This document shows positions 54,043-62,928 of a stretch of DNA of 64,000 bases, in pieces. This DNA comes from Bdellovibrionota bacterium (GTDB lineage Bacteria > Bdellovibrionota_C > UBA2361 > JBGSMV01): assembly GCA_041739995.1 (NCBI GenBank), contig JBGSMV010000043.1, forward strand, positions 18,241 to 82,240, written 5' to 3'. Under the pieces are notes generated by a model. It saw nothing but the letters and a program-made list of their open reading frames with translations, was not told the origin of the DNA and searched no databases. Position numbers and translations under genes: made by a program. Position 1 is the stretch's first letter, and every line of letters begins with the position of its first letter.

Positions 54043-55668
54043 GTGCCGGCACAGTTTATTCTCAGCGTTGATGCGACCGTCAACCCCGCTTCTCTCCAGG
54101 TCTCAGAAGTCGATGGACGGTCGGTAAGAGTAGTAGAGTCTGTCGAAGCAGACCTGCGGGGGATGTTTGATGTCCGCGATCTGGATAACCTGCCGTCCAG
54201 TGAGAACGATCTTTCAAAAGCCGGCACTTCCGAGACGCTTCGAGCTGCCCATGGGTCTCAGGACCATGGATCACAGGAGCCTGGGTCTTCAGATCAACCA
54301 TCGGCCCCCTCCTCGAACCCGCTGGGAACTCTGGTCAGCTGCACATCCTCATTACGCGAAGCTCTATCTCAACTTCAAACCCCTTACACCTCTTCCATCC
54401 TAATAATTCCAACGGACGAATATCTATCACTCAATTTAGATCTCCCGTTTTCGGATAATCGTCAGATCCAAAAGATTTTGGAATTAGAAGTTCAAGACCG
54501 CGTCCCGTTCGACACCTCCGAATTTCTTTTGGAGCATCGTTCGTTGAACGGTCTCAGTGGAAATCCTCGCGCTCACGGACACGACGTGCACGTGAGCATC
54601 GTTCCCCGCAAGCTTCTTTCTCGCGTGACTAGAATTTGCAAGGGCGCATCGTTCGAACCGCTCATCATCACCACTGCCAGCAGCATTCTCGAAGGTCTCT
54701 TCATTCTCGCCCCCGACTATTTTAAAGATAATTCAGCAGTAATTCTTGTTCGCCCTCCATTCGTCTATGTCGCCTTGCAAGTAGACGGTCGAGTACGCGT
54801 TGACCGAGTAATCAATGCCGAACAACTGACCGGAGACGAATCTGAACGTATACGATCTTTAAGCACAGAGTTGCGCCTCACTCTTGTCTCAGTTGAAACG
54901 CGCTACGGAGTAAAAATTGACTCAGTGTATGCACTTGGGGACGGTATCAACTTACGAGAGCTGCAGCAGCACCTTGGGCGAAATGTGGAGTCCGTAGACA
55001 TTTCTGAGTTGGTGAACCTCCCTCCAGAAACGCGCGGCATTTCGGCTCTCGGCGTGCCCTTCGCCTATGATGATACTCCGCATCAAATCTTAACGAACTT
55101 CCGCACTCGAGAATTCTCTTACAGCCTACAACTTAGCGAACTGGTGCATGGATTACGTAAGCTCGCTCCGCTGTTCGCCATCACCTTTTTCTGCAGCCTA
55201 CTATTAGTCGTCGGTTCCTATTTCTTTAGAGAAACAAAAATTGACTTGATGGAAGCTAACATTCACGAGGCAATTTCAGCTTCGTTTCCTGGAACAAGCA
55301 TTGGAATAGGAGAAGAAGTTAGTGTCATTCAAGCCGAGAATTCAAAGCTTGATAAGGCACTCGAAAGTCTTGGCTCTGGATCCCTTGATCAGTACACGGC
55401 CCTGGACGTGCTGCGCGAAATCTCAGTGGTCATGCCTACAAACCCTGCAATAACCATTCGCAACATCGCCATTCGCGGGAACCGGGTGAAGATTAGTGGT
55501 AGCGCTCCTGAGTACAAAGACGTTGAAGCAATAGAACGGGCTCTACAACGAAATCGTAGTATGAAATTTCGTGCTAAACCTCCCGAAATCACGGCGGGAA
55601 TGGGATCTATCCCTGGCGGCGCTCGCTCGTCTCAGAATTTTACCTTTGATATTCGAGTGGAGGATTAA
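54043..55668 (+). CDS. gspL: Type II secretion system protein L-like
   Basis: GTG 54043 follows AAGGAAGGA. After a ~120-aa low-complexity N-terminus comes ILIIPTDEYLSLNLDLPFSDNRQIQKILELEVQDRVPFDTSEFLLEH, which fits the GspL cytoplasmic-domain pattern. A single TM (LAPLFAITFFCSLLLVVGSYFF) is followed by a periplasmic domain. Confidence 0.6.
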   Translation: MPAQFILSVDATVNPASLQVSEVDGRSVRVVESVEADLRGMFDVRDLDNLPSSENDLSKAGTSETLRAAHGSQDHGSQEPGSSDQPSAPSSNPLGTLVSCTSSLREALSQLQTPYTSSILIIPTDEYLSLNLDLPFSDNRQIQKILELEVQDRVPFDTSEFLLEHRSLNGLSGNPRAHGHDVHVSIVPRKLLSRVTRICKGASFEPLIITTASSILEGLFILAPDYFKDNSAVILVRPPFVYVALQVDGRVRVDRVINAEQLTGDESERIRSLSTELRLTLVSVETRYGVKIDSVYALGDGINLRELQQHLGRNVESVDISELVNLPPETRGISALGVPFAYDDTPHQILTNFRTREFSYSLQLSELVHGLRKLAPLFAITFFCSLLLVVGSYFFRETKIDLMEANIHEAISASFPGTSIGIGEEVSVIQAENSKLDKALESLGSGSLDQYTALDVLREISVVMPTNPAITIRNIAIRGNRVKISGSAPEYKDVEAIERALQRNRSMKFRAKPPEITAGMGSIPGGARSSQNFTFDIRVED

Positions 55669-55672
55669 ATAA

Positions 55673-56311
55673 ATGTCCTCGAAACTAACGGCACCGAAGT
55701 TTGCGCTCAATTCACAATGGACGAGGACGCTCTCGGAGGCTCTGCGGCCTCATATCAAGCACGGCAAAGAATACTATGCCAAGCTTTCTGGGAGGGAGAG
55801 GGTGCTGGTCCTGTTCGGGGCATTGGCTCTATCGATCAGTGCTCTTTATCTGGTTTATTCCCCAATTGAGGAGGCTTTCGTCATTCAGTCCCAAGCACTG
55901 AACGATGTCTCACTCAAGCTCCAAAACGTCTCTGCTGCCCTCGCGCGACATCAAAAACTTCGTGCTCGCCGCGAAGAAGTGGAACGGGAGTTTCGGGAGG
56001 TAGAAATCGCTGAGGGCGCGTTGTCCTACCTCGAAGAACTGGTGAAGACCAAAGCGGGTGTACTCAATCCTCAAATTAGTCCTCGCGATATTCGAGAGTT
56101 CGGTTCCGATTATGAACAGGCGCCCTTCCTCATCCGGTTTCCTATAGTAGATCTTGCTCGCCTTGTTCAGTTCCTTGAAACCCTAGTAAATGGACCTAAA
56201 CCCTTCATCCTCGCGAGTCTAGATATTAAGCGCCGTCCCGCCGGCGACTCTCTAGACGTAGAACTTGAAGTAAGTAGCATTCGGCGGAAAAAGTTCCAGG
56301 TTGATGGTTAA
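55673..56311 (+). CDS. gspM: Type II secretion system protein M-like
   Basis: 212 aa. The N-terminal region with the LSGRERVLVLFGALALSISALYLV TM helix is followed by a periplasmic alpha/beta domain. It is positioned directly after the gspL-like gene. Confidence 0.5.
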   Translation: MSSKLTAPKFALNSQWTRTLSEALRPHIKHGKEYYAKLSGRERVLVLFGALALSISALYLVYSPIEEAFVIQSQALNDVSLKLQNVSAALARHQKLRARREEVEREFREVEIAEGALSYLEELVKTKAGVLNPQISPRDIREFGSDYEQAPFLIRFPIVDLARLVQFLETLVNGPKPFILASLDIKRRPAGDSLDVELEVSSIRRKKFQVDG

Positions 56312-57215
56312 GAAACTACTTGTTTGGGTGCTCGTGCTGCTGCTTCTCGCAGGGGCCCTTCTGTGGGGGGTAAGAAACTTTCTGGTATCTTCTACCCTCG
56401 AGCGGCTGCGGTCTGGCGCCGCTACTCAAGGAGTAGTTTTTTCATTTGGTGCGCAGCGCACTAACCTATTTACAGTAACCCTCACGGACGTACGAATTGA
56501 TGGCGTGCTGCGCCGATTTCCGATCACGCTGCGTATTGATGAAATTTCCATTTCACCCGCCTGGAACTCCTTCTTTGAAGGGAAGGTCGGCGTGGAGTTG
56601 ATGGCAAGAATGTATCACGGGGATATTCAGGGATCTGCCTCTGCGAGTTGGAACGGAAACAGTATCTCACTTGCCGCTACCGCGGAGCGCCTTGAGGTTT
56701 CAGAACATCCGATGATTCAAGCTCTGGGCATTAATCGAGGGCAAGTCTCGCTTTTTATCCCATCCCTCACTTCAGATCCAAGCGGCACCACTGGTAGTTT
56801 CGTTCTGAAAGTCATTCGCCTAGGCAAGCGCTCGGCTACCAAATTTCCTGGAGGTTCTCTCGGACCAATCACTGTGCCAGCTTTTGAGAGAATCAATGCG
56901 GAAGTGAAGGGCGGAATTCGCGATCGAACCTTTGTGGTTCGTCCGTTAGAGATTGAGTCAGACTTCGGAAGCTTCAAGGGAAACTTTGCAATCGAGGACT
57001 CAGGGTCTCCTCGCACCGACACGGAAGCTCCGCTCGTTAGTGGAAGAGCAACCGCTCACCTATCCAGCTCAGGACAACAGCTAATCGGACAATGGCTCCC
57101 GGTCATTAGCAATGGAACCGTTACGGCCGACGTATCGAGGTTTGAAATTCACGTTTCGGGCTCGACTAAGCACCCGGTAACAAAAATGCTCCCTCAACAG
57201 TTGGCAGGAAACTGA
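56304..57215 (+). CDS. gspN: Type II secretion system protein N-like
   Basis: The N-terminal TM is KKLLVWVLVLLLLAGALLWG and the body is beta-rich. It overlaps the gspM-like stop. The assignment rests mostly on position. Confidence 0.4.
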   Translation: MVKKLLVWVLVLLLLAGALLWGVRNFLVSSTLERLRSGAATQGVVFSFGAQRTNLFTVTLTDVRIDGVLRRFPITLRIDEISISPAWNSFFEGKVGVELMARMYHGDIQGSASASWNGNSISLAATAERLEVSEHPMIQALGINRGQVSLFIPSLTSDPSGTTGSFVLKVIRLGKRSATKFPGGSLGPITVPAFERINAEVKGGIRDRTFVVRPLEIESDFGSFKGNFAIEDSGSPRTDTEAPLVSGRATAHLSSSGQQLIGQWLPVISNGTVTADVSRFEIHVSGSTKHPVTKMLPQQLAGN

Positions 57216-57549
57216 CGAGACTCCCAGTCTATGCCCGTCTATCCTTCCCACACTAGGCGGCTCAATTACGACGGGGACGCCTGCGTCAACGACATTTATT
57301 CAGCCTATAGGGGCATCCTCCAGACCCTAAAACTATTCTGAGCCCTCAGAGGCCTTCCTAGGGGACCAGCCCGCTCTATATTGAAACCGAGTCCCCACTC
57401 ATCGGGGCCATGTTGTGCCTGCGGTTCTCCACAGGGGCTAGCGTTTAGAGACCGAGCCTTCAGCTCCAGGAATACCGGCGCCACAAAAGAACTGCTTCAG
57501 CATGTAGTCCCCTGTTTCCAGTAAGTCGCAGTCTAGGTACAGTGCCCGC

Positions 57550-58206
57550 ATGCTTTTTGTAGGAATTTTATTCGGTCTTGTCGGCGGAGCACTGGTTTTC
57601 GGCATTCTCTTTGCTTTGAGAAAGAAAGCAAGCTCTTCCGTCGGCGCCGAGGTAGGCGCGATTGCGCAAGACATTCCTAAACTTGAGGCCGACATTGATC
57701 GCCTGATTTCCGGCGCTAGCTCACTCGTCAGCGCTGGACAGGTTTCTGCAGTTGAGGGCCAAATAGAAGCGGCTCAAGTCGAATTCGAGAAAGAGAAGGC
57801 AAACCTTAAGGAGATTGAAACGAAGCTTGACGAAGCTCAAAAGCATGTCGAGCAGAAAGAGGCAGTTCATCAGGAGATGAAGTCCTCAAAGGAAGAGGAC
57901 GAACTCAAGCTTAAGGAAATAAGCGAGAAATTCTCGGATCTTTCCTCGGAATCAATGTCCTTGGAACAAAAGCTCGCGAATTCCATGAAGAACCTTGATC
58001 AGTTGATGAAAGACGTCAAATTGACCGACGACCAGAAGGCGTTGTTTGAGGATCTTTCCAACGGATTGTCGGCGGCTGGCGAGCGCATGAGAGATTTACT
58101 CACCGAGTACAACACCGTGAACGAGCGTCTTGAACTGCTCCAGCAGCAACATAGAGATCTCGAGGACGAGTACACCAGACTAGTAGAGCAACAATTGGGC
58201 GAATAG
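57550..58206 (+). CDS. Membrane-anchored coiled-coil protein
   Basis: 218 aa. The N-terminal TM (FVGILFGLVGGALVFGILFAL) is followed by heptad-rich E/K/L sequence. Confidence 0.5.
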   Translation: MLFVGILFGLVGGALVFGILFALRKKASSSVGAEVGAIAQDIPKLEADIDRLISGASSLVSAGQVSAVEGQIEAAQVEFEKEKANLKEIETKLDEAQKHVEQKEAVHQEMKSSKEEDELKLKEISEKFSDLSSESMSLEQKLANSMKNLDQLMKDVKLTDDQKALFEDLSNGLSAAGERMRDLLTEYNTVNERLELLQQQHRDLEDEYTRLVEQQLGE

Positions 58207-58404
58207 CAGCCCTTGCTAGCTCACGAACTGATACGGCACACTTAATAATACGCTATTTGAGTCAGTAGAACGGATTTGCGTGAGATCTGAATGTAAGGTA
58301 CCCTACTGCACCGTAAGAAGCTCAGGAACGATGTCTTCCAACGGACGATTGCACGCGAAGCGCTATCACAATTTGATCCGATTTTCCTTTCAAGACAGGA
58401 GTCT

Positions 58405-58809
58405 ATGAGTCAAGAAAACAAAAAGAGCCAAGAAAACAAAAAGCCCCAGGAAAACAAGAAGTCCATTCGCCAGCTGAGCGAGTCTTATATAAGCCAGATA
58501 AATGTGCTTCGCGCCATGTGCTCGGGTAACTCCCTCCCACCAGTAGAAAGCAAACCGGCCGACACGGCATCTGCTTCAAATGACACAGCTCCCGTCCCCC
58601 GTTCAAGAACTCTAGATGTAGAACAAGTCGCTCAAATGAGTGGTCTCGGCGACGAAAAGGAAGCCTTACGTTTTCTCTATATCCTCGAAGGACACAAACT
58701 TGTCAGTCCCTTTCCTAAGGGTGACTTCACCTCCAAGTCGTGGCAAGTCACCGACGAAGGGCTGAAAGTCTGGGCTTCGATTTCGTCCGAAATGGACGTG
58801 GCCGCCTAA
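58405..58809 (+). CDS. Hypothetical protein with an N-terminal SQENKK repeat
   Basis: 134 aa. MSQENKKSQENKKPQENKK is followed by a globular-looking C-terminal half. Confidence 0.45.
   Translation: MSQENKKSQENKKPQENKKSIRQLSESYISQINVLRAMCSGNSLPPVESKPADTASASNDTAPVPRSRTLDVEQVAQMSGLGDEKEALRFLYILEGHKLVSPFPKGDFTSKSWQVTDEGLKVWASISSEMDVAA
58408..58461. repeat. 18-bp tandem repeat x3 at the 5' end of ORF 58405..58809
   Basis: The three units are AGTCAAGAAAACAAAAAG, AGCCAAGAAAACAAAAAG and CCCCAGGAAAACAAGAAG. Confidence 0.9.
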
Positions 58810-58932
58810 CGCGCTATTAGCCTCGTCTAGCCTTCTATTCTGCGGCAGTGCTTTGTGCGTTCAGCTTCTTCACAGCGAGCTTCCTCACAATGGAAGCTCT
58901 CCCCTGTGGAAGATCTTCTCGATGGAAGAATG

Positions 58933-59961
58933 TCAGCTATTCGCGTGAACTTTTAGGTACCATTCAACCTCGTGCCGACCGCCGGTAATAAAGACCGTGC
59001 GCTCGTGGATGCTGGTTGGCTGCTTATCGAGAATCGGTGCAAGGTCATCAATAGCCATTCCACCTGCCTGCTCTGCAATAAAGGCCAGCGGGATGCACTC
59101 ATACAGCAGTCGAAGCTTCCCATTCTTTCGCTTGTGATCGGAAGGGTGCAGAAACACCCCTCCATTTCTCAAATTTCTATCAAAATCCGCTACGAGAGAC
59201 CCCACATAGCGGGTGGAATACGGTGTCCCGGATTCGTCTCCCGTAGAGCGTAACTCATTAAGAAAGTTGCGCACCGCTGGAGTCCACTGATTTACTCGGC
59301 CCTCGTTCGCACTGTACACACTACCGCGCCGTGGCGTTTGAATTTGCTCTTCAGTCAAAACAAACTCCCCGATTGCAGGATCGAGGGTAAATCCATGCAC
59401 TCCCTGGCCCGCTGAGTATACAAATGAAGTCTTTGCCCCATACACGGAGTACCCTGCGGCCACGAGCTGTCTACCAGGCTGCATAAAGTCAGCTTCCCCA
59501 CTCGTAGCCGAGCCCTGCTTGCGAGCGAAAATAGAAAAGATCGTCCCCACCGGAATACTTGTTCCTATGTTGCTAGACCCGTCGAGCGGATCGAAAGCTA
59601 CCACATACTTTGCACTATCTGAGTGTCGCCCCGCTTCGATTACGGTGTCTTGCTCCTCTGACACCATCAATCCGAAATGCCCGGAAGCCCCGAGGAACTC
59701 TGTCAAAATTCGATCTGCTTCTTGATCAAGTTTTCGAACGCTTTCCCCCTGCACGTTTACGGTATCGGTATAGCCCGTCAGGCCTTTGAATCCCGCAGTA
59801 GCAACGAGACTGCTGATAATTTTGACCGCCACCACGATGGATGAGAGCAGTTCAGACAGCTCTCCAGAACTATGAGAGTAAGCCCGCCCTCGATTATGAA
59901 TAAACCGATGCAGTGTCTCAGTGGGGACATGATTAACTCCCTGTTGACCTGACTCTGACAT
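58933..59961 (-). CDS. fbp: Fructose-1,6-bisphosphatase class 1
   Basis: 342 aa with the AFDPLDGSSNI metal-binding motif and the GKLRLLYECIPLAFIAEQAGG C-terminal motif. Confidence 0.9.
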   Translation of the reverse strand: MSESGQQGVNHVPTETLHRFIHNRGRAYSHSSGELSELLSSIVVAVKIISSLVATAGFKGLTGYTDTVNVQGESVRKLDQEADRILTEFLGASGHFGLMVSEEQDTVIEAGRHSDSAKYVVAFDPLDGSSNIGTSIPVGTIFSIFARKQGSATSGEADFMQPGRQLVAAGYSVYGAKTSFVYSAGQGVHGFTLDPAIGEFVLTEEQIQTPRRGSVYSANEGRVNQWTPAVRNFLNELRSTGDESGTPYSTRYVGSLVADFDRNLRNGGVFLHPSDHKRKNGKLRLLYECIPLAFIAEQAGGMAIDDLAPILDKQPTSIHERTVFITGGRHEVEWYLKVHANS

Positions 59962-60035
59962 GCAAATTCTCCTAGGAAACTTGAATTATCTTCGCTTCGT
60001 CCGCCTCCGATACAGACGTTCTATTTGGCACGACG

Positions 60036-62327
60036 TCAGGCAGCAAAACGCCGCTGAGTACCCCTTTGAGGCTTGAGGGGAAGCTCTACCACAAAACGCG
60101 CTCCATGCGGATGATTATCAAAGACCCGCACTCTTCCCTGATGCTCGGACACAATCGAAGTGACTATAGCAAGCCCCAAGCCCGTGCCGCCCTTCTTGGT
60201 GGTGACGTATGGTTCAAATATACGTGGCTTCGCATCCGTAGAAATCCCCGGCCCAGTGTCTGAAACCTCGAAACTCACCGTGCGGGCATTCGCATCGCGC
60301 ATGGTTCTGACGGTAATACCCGCCCTCTCTAACTCGCTCTGTGGATTGGACTCACGCGCCTCTGCGATGGCGGCAATTGCATTATCAAACAAGTTAATGA
60401 GCACCCTTCGCATTTGCTCCCTATCAATCGGGACCAATGGCAAGGAATCATCCTTTATAAACTGCACTACAAGCTCTACGTGTGCGGTCGCAAACGGTTC
60501 AATTGTGACCGCAATAAGCTGATTGAGGTCTGTCGGCGCAAACTCGGCGGGGGGCATTCGAGCAAACTGCGAGAATTCATTCGCAAGTCGCTTAATTGAG
60601 TCAACATGAGTCACTATAGTTTCCGAGCACTCAGTAATCTTAGAATACAACTCAGGTCCTCGCTCGGCGCTTTGATCATCGCGAACAAGCCGCTCAAGGC
60701 GCTGAGCAGAGAGTTGAATCGGCGTTAGCGGATTCTTGATCTCGTGAGCAATTCGCTGCGCAGCCTCTCTCCAGGCTGCCATATGTTGAGCCTTCGAAAG
60801 CTCTGTCACATCATCAAACAATAGTGCAAATCCCGTATCTCCTCCGTCTTCAGAAAGGATCTTTCCTACGGTGCAAACAATCTTAAGCTCTCTTCCCATA
60901 CTCCGGACTACTAGCTCTCGCTCTACCGCGCGCGCAAACCCTTCTTCTAACTTCGCTGACTCCTGCACTTCGACGATCATTGAAGCAAGCACTTCGTACT
61001 CCGCCTGAGGAAGAACGTCCTTCAGCAGCGCTCCGAGCACACGATCACCATTTGCTATGCCAAACGTCTCTGCAGCAGCCGCATTTATCGAAGTGATTCG
61101 GTATTGCTCATCGACACCGACAACGCCTACCGCGAGATTCTTAAGTAAGGTCTCAAGGTAGGCGCGGTGCCTTTCTCGCTCCTGACGCGAACGACGCAAG
61201 TCGGCCGTCATGCGATTAAACGCGCGAACCAACTGCCCCATCTCGTCATTTCCCATGTCGCGCAGCTGAATATCGTCACGGCCCTTGGCTACCAGACGCG
61301 TAGCATCGGCAACGCGTTGGATAGGAACAGCTAGCTCTCGCGCGATGTAAAATGCGATCCAGATTGCTGAGAACAACAACAACCCCGTAATCAAAGCTAG
61401 CGTGAGAAGATAGTTTGATCGCAGCCCGCCTCTAAAGAGCTTGAGCTGTTCATACTCGCGGAACGAGTCGTTCACTACGGCAAGTCCCTGTGCAAGTTCA
61501 GGCGACATACGGAGCGACGCGACTAATGCCAGTGGTGGTTGTGCAGCGAGCGCTGCCGCTATTTCCTTGGTCAGTGGGCCGTATGCTCTAATAAATTGAC
61601 TACTTTCTCGCTCCTCAAAACGAACCTGAATTTCGCCACCGAGCGCTTTTGCAAGAGTGTCTCGGTCTAAATCAGGCTCTTTAAATGGTTCAACTTGAGC
61701 GATTGCATTTTCTACACGTAGCGCATCTCGGCCATCACCAGAAACGACACTAACTGAAAAGAGTCTCCAACGCCGCCGCTTGGCATCAATAATCTTCTGC
61801 ACCCCTTCGGCATTAAGGCCGACACTGGCTTGCGCCTCGAGCTCAAGACGAAGCTCCTCGAGCAGATAGCCCATCTGCTCTCGCGCAAGCGTATGGTGCC
61901 GCCTAGAGACTTGCACAGCCCCTCCAACGGCTCGCTCAACAGTGGTACTGAACCAACCCTCCATCGCCCGGGCGAGCAATCCGCTGGCGGAAAAGAAGAG
62001 GATTCCGGTAGGGATGAGAGTCAATCCTACCAAGGCAAACAGAAGGCGGGTACGAAGTTGGGTTCCTAAAATGCCTTTTCGACGGTCAAAGATGAGCTTG
62101 ACGATGTTTCGGCCGATGAGAAAGGCAAGTACGCACAGCACCACCACGATGAAATTGATCAAGGTGATGATCAGTAAGCTGTCCCCGGGTCGAACAACTT
62201 CGTCATCAGGTTGTTGTACGAATACCAGAAAGGCGAAGAGTGCAATTCCGAGAAATAGCGTAAAGCCCCTCAATCCAAGGCCGGCTCTACGCCATACTAG
62301 GGCGAAACGTCGCTTTTTGCTTACCAT
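60036..62327 (-). CDS. NtrY-like sensor histidine kinase (TM-HAMP-PAS-HisKA-HATPase)
   Basis: 763 aa. N-terminal TM helices are followed by a HAMP-like segment and PAS. The H-box is HEIKNPLTPIQLSAQRL, the N-box NLFDNAIAA and the G-boxes DTGPGI and GGTGLGLAIV. Confidence 0.85.
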   Translation of the reverse strand: MVSKKRRFALVWRRAGLGLRGFTLFLGIALFAFLVFVQQPDDEVVRPGDSLLIITLINFIVVVLCVLAFLIGRNIVKLIFDRRKGILGTQLRTRLLFALVGLTLIPTGILFFSASGLLARAMEGWFSTTVERAVGGAVQVSRRHHTLAREQMGYLLEELRLELEAQASVGLNAEGVQKIIDAKRRRWRLFSVSVVSGDGRDALRVENAIAQVEPFKEPDLDRDTLAKALGGEIQVRFEERESSQFIRAYGPLTKEIAAALAAQPPLALVASLRMSPELAQGLAVVNDSFREYEQLKLFRGGLRSNYLLTLALITGLLLFSAIWIAFYIARELAVPIQRVADATRLVAKGRDDIQLRDMGNDEMGQLVRAFNRMTADLRRSRQERERHRAYLETLLKNLAVGVVGVDEQYRITSINAAAAETFGIANGDRVLGALLKDVLPQAEYEVLASMIVEVQESAKLEEGFARAVERELVVRSMGRELKIVCTVGKILSEDGGDTGFALLFDDVTELSKAQHMAAWREAAQRIAHEIKNPLTPIQLSAQRLERLVRDDQSAERGPELYSKITECSETIVTHVDSIKRLANEFSQFARMPPAEFAPTDLNQLIAVTIEPFATAHVELVVQFIKDDSLPLVPIDREQMRRVLINLFDNAIAAIAEARESNPQSELERAGITVRTMRDANARTVSFEVSDTGPGISTDAKPRIFEPYVTTKKGGTGLGLAIVTSIVSEHQGRVRVFDNHPHGARFVVELPLKPQRGTQRRFAA

Positions 62328-62355
62328 CGATGGGCTCTACGGACTTATCAAATGT

Positions 62356-62928
62356 CTATGACCGTGCATCATCCAACCCAAAGCTAATCCAGCCCGAGTC
62401 GAATCCATTGCTTCGCACCATGCCTAACGAAAGAAAGTAAGAGAGCTTCTCAACCGTTCTACTACTCACTCCTTTGCATTGGGTCAAAAGACGAACTTGT
62501 ATGTAGCGTCTGGGCTCTCCGAGCAAATCCGCATCATCAGAAAAAAGTTCGGAGAGTATCACTGGTGAGATTTCGGAGAGGACCTCCGTGGCGACGTGCT
62601 CTTCCTCAGTAATAAGAACCTTGGGATCAAGCTCATCGCCAATTGTATCGCTAATGGTTTTGAAAGTTTCGGCGATTGGATCCCATTGTACAGAACGATT
62701 TATTACTCGATTAGAACCACATCGGTCATACCAAAAACTTGCTCGTCGGCAGATGCGAAGTTCATAGCGGTACTTTAATTCGAGGCCTGAGCCTAGGCAC
62801 TGCTCGGCCACTTGATCAACGCCTCGGACAGAGACTGCAAGCACGTCAAACGAGCCCGGTGCCATCCAATGCACCACGAGCTCGGGAAGCGTTAAAGCAA
62901 AGGCAAGCAAGAATGAGAAAAACGTCAC
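62356..62928 (-). CDS. Secreted protein, DUF4390-like (tentative)
   Basis: 190 aa with a GTG start overlapping the ruvB stop by 1 nt. It has a signal-like N-terminus. Its size and placement immediately upstream of an NtrY-like kinase recall DUF4390 proteins. Support is contextual only. Confidence 0.4.
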   Translation of the reverse strand: MTFFSFLLAFALTLPELVVHWMAPGSFDVLAVSVRGVDQVAEQCLGSGLELKYRYELRICRRASFWYDRCGSNRVINRSVQWDPIAETFKTISDTIGDELDPKVLITEEEHVATEVLSEISPVILSELFSDDADLLGEPRRYIQVRLLTQCKGVSSRTVEKLSYFLSLGMVRSNGFDSGWISFGLDDARS

